Below are positions 16,441-24,508 of a DNA stretch of 64,000 nt, piece by piece. The stretch comes from an uncultured Acidimicrobiales bacterium (GTDB taxonomy: Bacteria; Actinomycetota; Acidimicrobiia; Acidimicrobiales; SHLQ01): the NCBI GenBank assembly GCA_964517125.1, contig CAZFBD010000006.1, forward strand, positions 27,429-91,428, given 5' to 3'. Made by a program: the position numbers and the translations under genes. Under the pieces are notes generated by a model. The model saw nothing but the letters and a program-made list of their open reading frames with translations, ran no database searches and was not told the origin of the DNA. Every line of letters starts with the position of its first letter. The stretch's first letter is position 1.

Positions 16441-17019
16441 CTAGTCGAGTTCATCAGGCCCCTTAGCTTTCTCGACGACGGCTCCTCTTAGCTGGAGGAT
16501 CGATAGCTCCGGAGCGCCAGTCGTACCCTCTTCCTCGGAACCGAAGAACTCGGTTTCAGCGCTCGGCGGCTCCTCGACCTCTTCGGGCTCGTCGTCGTCC
16601 GGGATGAACATCTTGAAGAGAGCTACCAAGACGCTAACGAGGAGACCCCAAACGTTAAGGGAGAGCGAGGTAAGAAGGTCGACGAATCGCCACTCCCACG
16701 GGAACGCTCCGATCGTCCAGCCGAAGACGAAGAAGCTAATCCACTGACCGACGCATAGCGGGCAAGTCCAAAGGCGGTGGAGCCAGTGGGCGAAGAGCTG
16801 GAGGCCATACGGGTAGTAGCGGAAGTCGCTCGCTTGCTCGACGTCCTCGCCGGGACGAAACCCTAGCTGTAGCGAGTCGATGATATTCGAAAGCCAGCGC
16901 TCGACGGGAGCGTGAATCGCGTCGAGTACCGACTCACAAACGAAGTACCGGGCTCCGGCGAAGATGCCGAGAGAGAGTACCAACCACTCGAAAGGTTCTA
17001 GGGCTAGGTCAAGATTCAA
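16441..17019 (-). CDS. membrane protein, DUF1360-like
   Basis: Track ORF. Multiple hydrophobic segments and the CPLCVGQW motif I associate with DUF1360. Acidic C-terminal tail. Confidence 0.55.
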   Translation of the reverse strand: MNLDLALEPFEWLVLSLGIFAGARYFVCESVLDAIHAPVERWLSNIIDSLQLGFRPGEDVEQASDFRYYPYGLQLFAHWLHRLWTCPLCVGQWISFFVFGWTIGAFPWEWRFVDLLTSLSLNVWGLLVSVLVALFKMFIPDDDEPEEVEEPPSAETEFFGSEEEGTTGAPELSILQLRGAVVEKAKGPDELD

Positions 17020-17728
17020 TGCAATCCAATTCTGCTAGTTGGGTTAGATGGTCGAGGTCGGAACGTCTCATCACGGCGAGCTTTACGTCGGACCCTTCTC
17101 CTTCGCCCCAAGATAGAGCGAGAGCGGCCGGGCCTCCCGAGCGGTCGGCTCGGGTCGAGACTTCGGCGAACTTGGCTTGAACCTTCTCGCCGCTCCACCA
17201 CTTACGGATTACGGATAAGTCGTCGCTCATAACCGAGTACGAGGCGACCTTCCCCGGCGAGTCCTCTTTGGCGTGGTTAATCATCACGATCAGATCGTCG
17301 ATCGGCACGAGAGCGATTACGTCGTCTCGCCAGACCCGAGGAGTTGCCCCTAGTACCGAAGGAAGATCGGCGAGCGGAGCCCACTTCGAAGGTACGCGAA
17401 TGTAGTCGAATTGCTCGGTCTCTTCGAAGTACATCCGGCAAGTCCGAAGCTCTACGGTTACGTCGGCTCCTCCGCCTCTCGCTCCGGAGAGGGCGACCCT
17501 TCGACCCTTGATCGACTTGGCGAAGCGAAGCTCTCGGCGGTTGGCTCGACCCTTGATCGAAGATCCCCTGCAAGCTCGACATTTGTTCTTGTCGCAATTG
17601 CGGGTATGGACCTTCCCGTCCTTCCACTTCTTCGGCTTGCCTCCCTTCATCCGAGGGAGCCCTTTCCTTCCGCAGCCACAGCCACAAGTGACGTGTTCCT
17701 TCGGCGGTTTGAGTAGTTCTCCAGCCAT
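17009..17728 (-). CDS. zinc-ribbon protein, function unknown
   Basis: Track ORF 17009..17812 trimmed to ATG 17728 (GGAAGGA ribosome site, 2 nt after the upstream stop). N-terminal CGCGCG...NCDKNKCRAC cluster. A PD-(D/E)xK-like nuclease core was considered but its lysine is not evident. Confidence 0.55.
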   Translation of the reverse strand: MAGELLKPPKEHVTCGCGCGRKGLPRMKGGKPKKWKDGKVHTRNCDKNKCRACRGSSIKGRANRRELRFAKSIKGRRVALSGARGGGADVTVELRTCRMYFEETEQFDYIRVPSKWAPLADLPSVLGATPRVWRDDVIALVPIDDLIVMINHAKEDSPGKVASYSVMSDDLSVIRKWWSGEKVQAKFAEVSTRADRSGGPAALALSWGEGEGSDVKLAVMRRSDLDHLTQLAELDCIES

Positions 17729-17730
17729 AG

Positions 17731-18030
17731 CTAAATCCTTCCGGGATTGAATTGTGCGACGGTCTTCCAAGCGTCTTCGGGCGGCATGACTTCGTTCCCC
17801 CACTGAATGCAAAGCGTCTTAGCTTCGAGTTCAGGAATCCAATACGGCGCTCGGGAGTGGGGCTCTACGAGCGGGAACTTTGGGCTCTCTCGAAAGGCGA
17901 CTTGGGAGAGGTACGTCTCGCTGCACCAACGCCTCCAGGTCTCGTCCGGTATCACGGCTCCGTTTGCTCGCAGATGCTTGAGTAGTTGAGCGGCCTTGAT
18001 AGCGACTATTCGTTGAGTCATCGGGGCCAC
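17731..18030 (-). CDS. hypothetical protein
   Basis: Track ORF, with GTG 18030 or ATG 18021 as start. First gene of the minus-strand block. Confidence 0.55.
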   Translation of the reverse strand: MAPMTQRIVAIKAAQLLKHLRANGAVIPDETWRRWCSETYLSQVAFRESPKFPLVEPHSRAPYWIPELEAKTLCIQWGNEVMPPEDAWKTVAQFNPGRI

Positions 18031-18124
18031 CTTACTACATAACCCCTGAAACCCCCACCCTATACAGATCGTCCGGAGCCGCTGATAACATCGAAGTCCT
18101 TCCCTTAGCTAGAAAGGTCCTACA

Positions 18125-18814
18125 TTGAGTGGTTGGGCGAATAGGATCGTCGGCTTTGAGCCGGAGGTAAAACCGTCGGAGTTGATCCCTCATCCGAGGA
18201 ACCCAAGACTCCACGGCGATAACCAGCGGGCGGCGATGGGCGAGACGCTGGCTTCGATCGGCTGGACTACGCCGGTAATCGCCAACCAGAAGACCAACCG
18301 GATAATCGACGGCCACATGCGAGTCGAAGAGGCCGCAGCAAACGGCGAGACCGTTCCGGTTATGTGGGTCCATCTGAATACCGAGGAAGAAGAGCACGCA
18401 GCCCTTGCGACCCTCGATCCGTTAGCGCTCATGGCTACCTTCGACGATCAGATCTTGACCGATCTAGTCGAGATAACTGACTCGGTGCCGAGCGGAGTTA
18501 GCGACCTCCTGGCCCAGATAGCGAACTACGATCCTGTCGAAGAACTCGAAGAGATAGCCGGGAGGGTTCCCGCTCCGGTCGCCGACCTGCCGATGCCGGA
18601 GGTCGACCTAACGTCGAGAGGCTCAGAGATCTCGGTCCCGAATCCGGCCGAACGGCGCGACGCCTGGGCTGAGGCCGGAGTGCGTTCGATTATCCTCCCC
18701 TTCGACGCCGATACCTACAAGCTAGTGGTCGAGTCCTTCGCCGAAGCTCGGGAGCGCTTGGGCGTCGACTCCAATGCCGAAGTGGTAGTGAGTCTTCTCG
18801 GCGTGGAGCAATGA
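18125..18814 (+). CDS. ParB-like N-terminal (ParB/Srx) domain protein
   Basis: Track ORF, TTG start with GAAAGG upstream. Motifs IPHPRNPRLH and IIDGHMRVEEAAANGETVPV. Confidence 0.7.
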   Translation: MSGWANRIVGFEPEVKPSELIPHPRNPRLHGDNQRAAMGETLASIGWTTPVIANQKTNRIIDGHMRVEEAAANGETVPVMWVHLNTEEEEHAALATLDPLALMATFDDQILTDLVEITDSVPSGVSDLLAQIANYDPVEELEEIAGRVPAPVADLPMPEVDLTSRGSEISVPNPAERRDAWAEAGVRSIILPFDADTYKLVVESFAEARERLGVDSNAEVVVSLLGVEQ

Positions 18815-19641
18815 AAGAGATCGAGGTCTCTCGATCCGACTTCAAGCCGGTACGAGGGGAAGCCGAATACGCGGAACCTCCAGGTAAAGACTCCGTCGTC
18901 TTGACGGATCATCTCGGCATCGACGCCGAGACGGGCTGTCCGGTGATAGCTCATTCGACGGTTGACTTCGGCGAGATCGGCGAAGCTCTCTTCGAGTGGG
19001 CTCCGCATATGCCTTGGAAGGGCGAGGGCTCCTCCAAGAACGAAGTCCGACTCTCCGGTATCAATAACGCTCACGTCATCTTCGGCTATGCGGCCCCGGT
19101 CCCTATGCGTCGGCGATGGGCGGCTTCCTCTACGGCTTTCAACCGGGAGTATCCGAAGGCGGCTTACGCCTTGGAAGTCCTCGCCGCCCAGTGCTCTGAT
19201 TGGTTCGAGGCCAACCTTCCCGAAGCGTATGAGAATCACCTACAAGCTATCGACGGTCTTCACGACGGTTGGAAGCTAGCCGGGCGAGCGCCTTGGACTT
19301 CCGGGATCATCAACAAGTCGGCAGCCCTCCGCTACCACCGGGACTCCGGGAACTCCGTAGGATCCTGGTCCGCGATGATCGTTATGAGGAAGGGCGTCGG
19401 CGGCGGGCTCCTCCACGTAAGAGACCTTGACGTCTACCTAGCGTGCGACCACATGAGCCTTTCGATCTTCGACGGACAGGCCCTAACCCACGGCGTTACT
19501 CCGCTGGTCCATAGCGAGGACCCCGAAGAGATTCGGATATCGATCGTCTTCTACACCAAGACCGGAATCGTTAGGGCCGAAGCTCCGGGAGACGAGATAA
19601 TTCGCGGGCAGATCCGAGCATCGAGGGGCATCGAAGAATGA
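18811..19641 (+). CDS. 2OG-Fe(II) dioxygenase, TET/JBP-like
   Basis: ATGA overlap. Motifs YHRDSGN (HxD), LTHGVTPL (second His) and RISIVFY (RxS 2OG arginine), in the order and spacing of double-stranded beta-helix dioxygenases. The wording resembles TET catalytic cores as I recall them. Confidence 0.7.
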   Translation: MKEIEVSRSDFKPVRGEAEYAEPPGKDSVVLTDHLGIDAETGCPVIAHSTVDFGEIGEALFEWAPHMPWKGEGSSKNEVRLSGINNAHVIFGYAAPVPMRRRWAASSTAFNREYPKAAYALEVLAAQCSDWFEANLPEAYENHLQAIDGLHDGWKLAGRAPWTSGIINKSAALRYHRDSGNSVGSWSAMIVMRKGVGGGLLHVRDLDVYLACDHMSLSIFDGQALTHGVTPLVHSEDPEEIRISIVFYTKTGIVRAEAPGDEIIRGQIRASRGIEE

Positions 19642-20558
19642 CGATCCTTGAGGAAGCGGGAGCGCTCGGAGAAGACTTCGTCGCCTTCGGAACCGTTCAC
19701 CGAGAGACGAGAGACATCGATCCGATCTACCCGGTGATGCGACATCTCTTCGTCTTCGCTCCTCACCTCTTCCCTACCGAGCGCTCAAGGGTCGAGTTCA
19801 CCTTCGCTTACGTGACTTGGTACAACCTCCCGACGGCCCTCTCGCTTTGGGTCCAAGGGTTCCGCTTCTCCGACACAAAGATCGGCGAGGTCGACTACTG
19901 GCCGACCGGCGTAGAGCGTCGAGGCCATCGCAACCCGGCCGCCACAAACGCTCACATCGACTCGCTCCGTAGTCTCGATGACGCCTTCTCCAACGGCCTT
20001 CTAGGTTGGCTCTCTTCGGGCCAGCAAGAGGACCCCTTCGAGGAGTGGAGGCGACTGCAAGAGGTCTTGGTCGAGCCGTGGGGCAACGGTCGATGGGCCG
20101 CTTTCAAGACGGGCGAGGTCTTGATCGAGGCGAACAACTGGAAAGCGGAGCCGACCGACGCGGGGCATAAGAACTCAACCGGCCCTCGAAGAGGTCTGGC
20201 CGACCTCGCTCCGCAAACCGTCGGCTACTCGATAGCGGAACTAGACCTAATCACCGAAGAGCTTCGCCTCGATATGGAGGAGCAAACCGGTGAGCGCTGG
20301 AGGGTCGCCGAGATCGAGACGGTCCTATGCGACTTCCATTCGATGAGGAAGGGCGGCTACTACGTCGGTCACGACATCGACTTACTCCTCGCTCAACTAG
20401 GCGGCGAGAGGGTCGATCAGGTAGCTCGGAATCTCATCCTCAACGCTCGGTCGCATTGCTTCCCGAGTTGGCTTCTCGGCGAGATGCAAGGTTGGGATGG
20501 GGTTCGGCGAGATCTCAAGAAGCTCTATCGAGACGACGGAGGTATCGGCTGGTGGTAG
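19638..20558 (+). CDS. hypothetical protein, possibly aGPT-Pplase-like DNA base-modification transferase
   Basis: ATGA overlap. Motifs WGNGRWAAFKTGE and ETVLCDFHSMRKGGYYVGHD. The family assignment rests on context and weak recollection only. Confidence 0.6.
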   Translation: MTILEEAGALGEDFVAFGTVHRETRDIDPIYPVMRHLFVFAPHLFPTERSRVEFTFAYVTWYNLPTALSLWVQGFRFSDTKIGEVDYWPTGVERRGHRNPAATNAHIDSLRSLDDAFSNGLLGWLSSGQQEDPFEEWRRLQEVLVEPWGNGRWAAFKTGEVLIEANNWKAEPTDAGHKNSTGPRRGLADLAPQTVGYSIAELDLITEELRLDMEEQTGERWRVAEIETVLCDFHSMRKGGYYVGHDIDLLLAQLGGERVDQVARNLILNARSHCFPSWLLGEMQGWDGVRRDLKKLYRDDGGIGWW

Positions 20559-21424
20559 TAGTCGAAGGAATGGGCTGGCTCGGCGTTGTCGCCGGGCGGA
20601 TACTCGACGAGCTGGGCGTCGACTGGTGTTGGTATGACACCGACTCGCCGGTCCAATCCTGGAGAGCGTCGACCGGGATCGTCTATCCCGGAGGCGATGA
20701 GATGGACCGTTCTAACTACGATCGGTGGATCGCCGAACTCGCCGAAGGGCGATGGATCGACGATGCGGTAGAGCCGGTCGAGTTCTGGTTTGCTCACCTC
20801 AACCCTCCACACGGCGGCAAGTACTCCCTCTCGGCTGACCTTGGGTCTATCCGGCGCGGATCCCTCCCGGCCGTGATGGTCAACGTTCCGGAGGTCGTCG
20901 CTCGGCACCGAGAGCTATGGGCTGATCGTCGAGTAGAACCGAGGCAGCCCGACGTAATCGCCCACGGCTTCCGAGGGCGGATCGTTAGATGGGTCTGGGG
21001 CTACTCGGTAAAGGTTCGGCTTGAGTTCTCCGATGAGCTTCGTAACGCTTCGGAGTCCGGAAGGCTTTCTCTCTACGGCCGAGACGGTCGTTTCAAGATC
21101 GTCTATGCCCACCTAGGAGCCGGTAGCGATTACTGGCGAGTCGGCTCGTCTTTGATAAGTCAGAAGGTCCCGAAGGAGCTAGACGCCGGGAAGCACTTCG
21201 ATTCTTGCCGAGCATCCTTCGAGAAACTCTTCGGAGATCACGCTCAAATTGTCGAGCAGCTTGAAGAGCCGGTTCACGGCTGGAGGCCGAAGCGTTCCGA
21301 CGAAGACGACGACCGCTGTATCGTCGATCCAACCGGCGTTATCCACTTCCCTTCGGTCGCCTACTCCGGCGTTCGCTGGACGCCTTCGATCGCCGATTCG
21401 TTCCGAGAGGTAATACCGAGATGA
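20552..21424 (+). CDS. FAD-dependent oxidoreductase (DAO/glycine-oxidase-like)
   Basis: Track ORF 20327..21424 trimmed to GTG 20552 (GGAGG 9 nt upstream, 7-nt overlap with upstream gene). N-terminus VVVEGMGWLGVVAGRILDELGVDWCWYD is a Rossmann GxGxxG..D fold. C-terminal motif is HGWRPKRSDED..P.G. Confidence 0.6.
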   Translation: MVVVEGMGWLGVVAGRILDELGVDWCWYDTDSPVQSWRASTGIVYPGGDEMDRSNYDRWIAELAEGRWIDDAVEPVEFWFAHLNPPHGGKYSLSADLGSIRRGSLPAVMVNVPEVVARHRELWADRRVEPRQPDVIAHGFRGRIVRWVWGYSVKVRLEFSDELRNASESGRLSLYGRDGRFKIVYAHLGAGSDYWRVGSSLISQKVPKELDAGKHFDSCRASFEKLFGDHAQIVEQLEEPVHGWRPKRSDEDDDRCIVDPTGVIHFPSVAYSGVRWTPSIADSFREVIPR

Positions 21425-21936
21425 TCTTCGTCCACCTAATGGGAGTCCCTGGAGCCGGGAAGTCGACGGCCGTCCGCAAAGCTCTAGCCAATACCGAGCG
21501 GATCGAGCTAGACGTAGGCGCTCCCTTCGCCGTAGAGACCTTCGCTTACGAGGGCAAGACCATCGCCCATCTAGGTTCAACCGAGGGCGAGTATCCGGGA
21601 ACCGACCGACTCTCGATGGCGGTCTCACCTCAAGTCGTAGCGTGGCTCGCCGGAGGTCCGCCCGTTGACGTAGTCCTCTCCGAGGGGGACCGGTTGACGT
21701 CGAGGAAGTTCTTCGACCAAGCCGACAAGATCGGCGTCGAGCTTCGAGTAGTACTCCTCGCCGTCTCCGAAGAGGTCGCCCAACAGCGCCGAGATAAGCG
21801 AGGCTCGAACCAGAGCGCGACTTGGCTCAAGGGTCGGACGTCTAAAGTAGGCAACCTCGCCGATCGAGTAACGAGAAGGATTGGCACCCTAGAGCGAGCG
21901 GACAAGGTTCTACTAGAGGAGCTAAGCCGTGAGTGA
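21421..21936 (+). CDS. P-loop kinase-like protein
   Basis: ATGA overlap. Walker A HLMGVPGAGKST within a 171-aa kinase-sized protein. Confidence 0.65.
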   Translation: MIFVHLMGVPGAGKSTAVRKALANTERIELDVGAPFAVETFAYEGKTIAHLGSTEGEYPGTDRLSMAVSPQVVAWLAGGPPVDVVLSEGDRLTSRKFFDQADKIGVELRVVLLAVSEEVAQQRRDKRGSNQSATWLKGRTSKVGNLADRVTRRIGTLERADKVLLEELSRE

Positions 21937-22312
21937 ACAACTCATCCGAGTTTGGCTCGCCGGGGCCGAAGCCGCCGATGCGGCCGAAGTCCTAGGCGTT
22001 GACATCGAAGAATACGACCGGGCCGTTAGTAGCTTCCTGGCCAACGAGAGCGAGACCACTTCGGGGGACCGAGTCGGCCTGCAGCTCGCCGAGATCACCG
22101 CTTCGCGCCAAGCTCTTCGCCGTCTAATCTCTTCGCCGTCCACGGCTCCGGCCGACGTCGTGAGAGCCGTGCTCGCCCTCTTCCGGGCTCACGACCAAGA
22201 GGCGAAGGTAATCGGCTCGCTCCACCACGACCCTCAAGCCCGAGTCGCCAAAGACTCCGTAGCCTCGCGCCCCTTCGGCTCGATCCTGGCGACGATTGGC
22301 TCGGACATCTAG
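21929..22312 (+). CDS. putative terminase small subunit (HTH protein)
   Basis: Track ORF, GTG start overlapping the upstream end. N-terminal HTH-like AADAAEVLGVDIEEYDRAV. Lies immediately upstream of terL. Confidence 0.45.
   Translation: MSEQLIRVWLAGAEAADAAEVLGVDIEEYDRAVSSFLANESETTSGDRVGLQLAEITASRQALRRLISSPSTAPADVVRAVLALFRAHDQEAKVIGSLHHDPQARVAKDSVASRPFGSILATIGSDI
22286..22298 (+). promoter_or_regulatory. CTGGCGAC(C)GATTG motif, copy 1 of 3 (upstream of terL)
   Basis: CTGGCGACGATTG 16 nt before ATG 22315. Related copies precede the portal gene and gene 55422. Confidence 0.3.
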
Positions 22313-22314
22313 CC

Positions 22315-23856
22315 ATGTCCGGCGCTCCGGATACCCGACCTCCCGAGCTACTAGAAGGACTACCGGTACCCGACGAGACCTCGGTCGAAGCCGTCAGCAC
22401 TGAAGGACTATCCCCTAGGGAGCACGAGCTAGCCGTACGGATCAACGCTCTTGAGGAATACTCCGACGTCGAGAAGTGGGTTCTATTCCGACTCGCCAAG
22501 TGGCGACATATCGACGCTCGACCCGAGCAACTTATGCCGGTCGACGCTCAATACTTCTTCGCTGTGGGAGGTCGCGGGTCCGGCAAGACGAGAGCCGGAT
22601 CCCAAACCCTCTTCGAATGGGCATGGGAGTTGCCCGGTACCCGCTGGGCTTGCGTCGGACCGACCAGGCTCGCCGTTCGAAATCTAATGTTCCTCGGTCC
22701 GTCGGGTCTTCGAAACGTCATCCCGGATCAAGCTCTCGAAACGGGCGACTGGGACGGCTCCTTCAATGAGACTCGCCTAGAGCTTCGCCTAGCGAACGGC
22801 TCGGTCATTACCGGCTACTCCTCCGAGCGTCCCGGTCGAATCCGAGGCGACAACCTTTCGGGATTCTGGGGAGACGAGCCAGCCGAGTGGAAGGACTCAA
22901 GCCAACTCCCGCTCGAACTCAACACGACGTTCTCAAACCTTATGCTCGCCGTCCGGGAGAATACCGAAGGCGGTACGCGAGGGATCATCACCGGGACTCC
23001 TACGCCCTGCCCGCTTCTCGCCGGTAACGCCCAACACGAGATCCCCGGCCTCCTCACGGGGATGCAAGAACCTCCAATGACGGTCGTCCGCATGTCGACT
23101 CGGGACAATCTAGAGAATCTCGACGCGAGCTTTACCCGGCTCATCATGTCGCTCGAAGGAACTCGCCTTGGTCGCCAAGAGATCGATGCCGAACTTCTTA
23201 CCGATATCGAAGGAGCGGCTTGGAAGAACCATTGGATAGTCGTCGACGACACGGGCCTAACGCTCCAATTCGACCGCATGGTAATCGCCGTCGACCCTTC
23301 TGGTAGCGACGGCCAAGGCGACGGAGACGAAGTAGGCATCGTCGTTTGTGGGCTTTCTGACGGCCAGTACTGGGTACTCGAAGACCTCTCGGGAGGATGG
23401 GGGCCAGGCGAGTGGAGCGAATTGGTATGGGACGCTTACAAGCGATGGGAGCCGCAGTCCTACCGGGCTCCGCATATCAAGGTCGAAGGCAACTACGGGA
23501 AAGAGCTAGCGGCTCAACCTCTCCGGGTAAGCCAAGACCGAGTTCCCGGAATCGACATCGACATCAAGCCGGTACGCGGGTCGAAGTATCAACGGGCGAA
23601 AGCAACCGCCCAGATCTACGAGCCGACGTTGCAGAAGGCCACAGGCGTACGAGTCCGTCACGCCGGGCGCTTCCACCTCCTGACTAGCGAGATGACTACC
23701 TTCTTGCCCGAGAGCGGTTGGTCGCCGAACCGAATGGACGCTCTTACGCTCGGGATGAATTGGCTCGCCGAATTCGACGAACTACCTCAAGTAGCCGGGA
23801 GCCACGGGACCACCCTCGGCACGCTCCTCGGTCGTCACTCAGGCGGGTATCGCTAG
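22315..23856 (+). CDS. terL: terminase large subunit
   Basis: 513-aa track ORF. Walker A GGRGSGKTR, Walker B-like FWGDEPAEW, and nuclease-domain acidic motifs (VIAVDPSGSD). Confidence 0.85.
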   Translation: MSGAPDTRPPELLEGLPVPDETSVEAVSTEGLSPREHELAVRINALEEYSDVEKWVLFRLAKWRHIDARPEQLMPVDAQYFFAVGGRGSGKTRAGSQTLFEWAWELPGTRWACVGPTRLAVRNLMFLGPSGLRNVIPDQALETGDWDGSFNETRLELRLANGSVITGYSSERPGRIRGDNLSGFWGDEPAEWKDSSQLPLELNTTFSNLMLAVRENTEGGTRGIITGTPTPCPLLAGNAQHEIPGLLTGMQEPPMTVVRMSTRDNLENLDASFTRLIMSLEGTRLGRQEIDAELLTDIEGAAWKNHWIVVDDTGLTLQFDRMVIAVDPSGSDGQGDGDEVGIVVCGLSDGQYWVLEDLSGGWGPGEWSELVWDAYKRWEPQSYRAPHIKVEGNYGKELAAQPLRVSQDRVPGIDIDIKPVRGSKYQRAKATAQIYEPTLQKATGVRVRHAGRFHLLTSEMTTFLPESGWSPNRMDALTLGMNWLAEFDELPQVAGSHGTTLGTLLGRHSGGYR

Positions 23857-24095
23857 CCGACCGTTACGCCAAGGTCCTTGGCCAAAGCGGCAAGGAGGGC
23901 GTATGCGTCGGCCTCTGGGATCTCAATAGCGGTAGCCTGTTGCCCGTCTCCGCCGATCTCGACCGTCACCCGACCCTTGTAGCCGTAGTCCTCGGTATTA
24001 CCTTCGGCCTGAACCGTTATCTCTAGGTAGGAGAATTCGCCGGTCTTCTGGCCGCCTGGGGTTTCTTCGGTCTGGTTGTACTCGTAGGTGCTCAT
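23853..24095 (-). CDS. hypothetical acidic protein, leaderless
   Basis: Track ORF. ATG 6 nt after the -10 of a minus-strand promoter. Its stop overlaps the terL stop within the GCTAGC palindrome. Confidence 0.6.
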   Translation of the reverse strand: MSTYEYNQTEETPGGQKTGEFSYLEITVQAEGNTEDYGYKGRVTVEIGGDGQQATAIEIPEADAYALLAALAKDLGVTVG

Positions 24096-24101
24096 GGGGC
24101 A

Positions 24102-24135
24102 ACCATAATCCGCCTTCGGTATTAAAGCAACCCCT
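24102..24135 (-). promoter_or_regulatory. conserved-type promoter (minus strand)
   Basis: Reverse complement reads cAGGGG-TTGCTT-17 nt-TATGGT-6 nt-ATG 24095. Confidence 0.6.
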
Positions 24136-24137
24136 GA

Positions 24138-24473
24138 TTACTTATTTAGTCCGGAGAGCAGGAGGGTCACGATCTTCTTTACGTCGGCATCTTCGTAGAT
24201 GAGGAACATCGCCCCTTCGGGTCCGTGTTGCCCGTCGAGTCCCGGATCGAGGTTCACCGGGTAAGAGGCTCCGGTCTCCGCCATCTCCTGAAACCGCTCG
24301 ATCATTTGGGCGGTACTATCCGCCTCAACTTCGTTGAAGACCTTCGTATCGAAGTCGGTCCCGGCCGTCATGCCTTTGACTCGCAACGGGCCGACGTTCC
24401 AAAGCCCGAGGATCTCGGCGAAGACGGTTCCTTTCTCAAGCTCCAGGAATTCAGGACGGCGGCATATTCTCAT
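24138..24473 (-). CDS. hypothetical protein
   Basis: Track ORF. TATGAT lies 6 nt upstream of the ATG on the minus strand, suggesting a leaderless start. Confidence 0.6.
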   Translation of the reverse strand: MRICRRPEFLELEKGTVFAEILGLWNVGPLRVKGMTAGTDFDTKVFNEVEADSTAQMIERFQEMAETGASYPVNLDPGLDGQHGPEGAMFLIYEDADVKKIVTLLLSGLNK

Positions 24474-24508
24474 GGCTCGATCATAGCCCTAGATACGTAA
24501 AGGCTAGG

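Noticed and set aside
17009-17728. Holliday-junction resolvase / PD-(D/E)xK nuclease call.
   Set aside because: The segment GARGGGADVTVE....FEETEQ superficially resembles the motif, but the catalytic lysine is missing. Left as a zinc-ribbon protein of unknown function.
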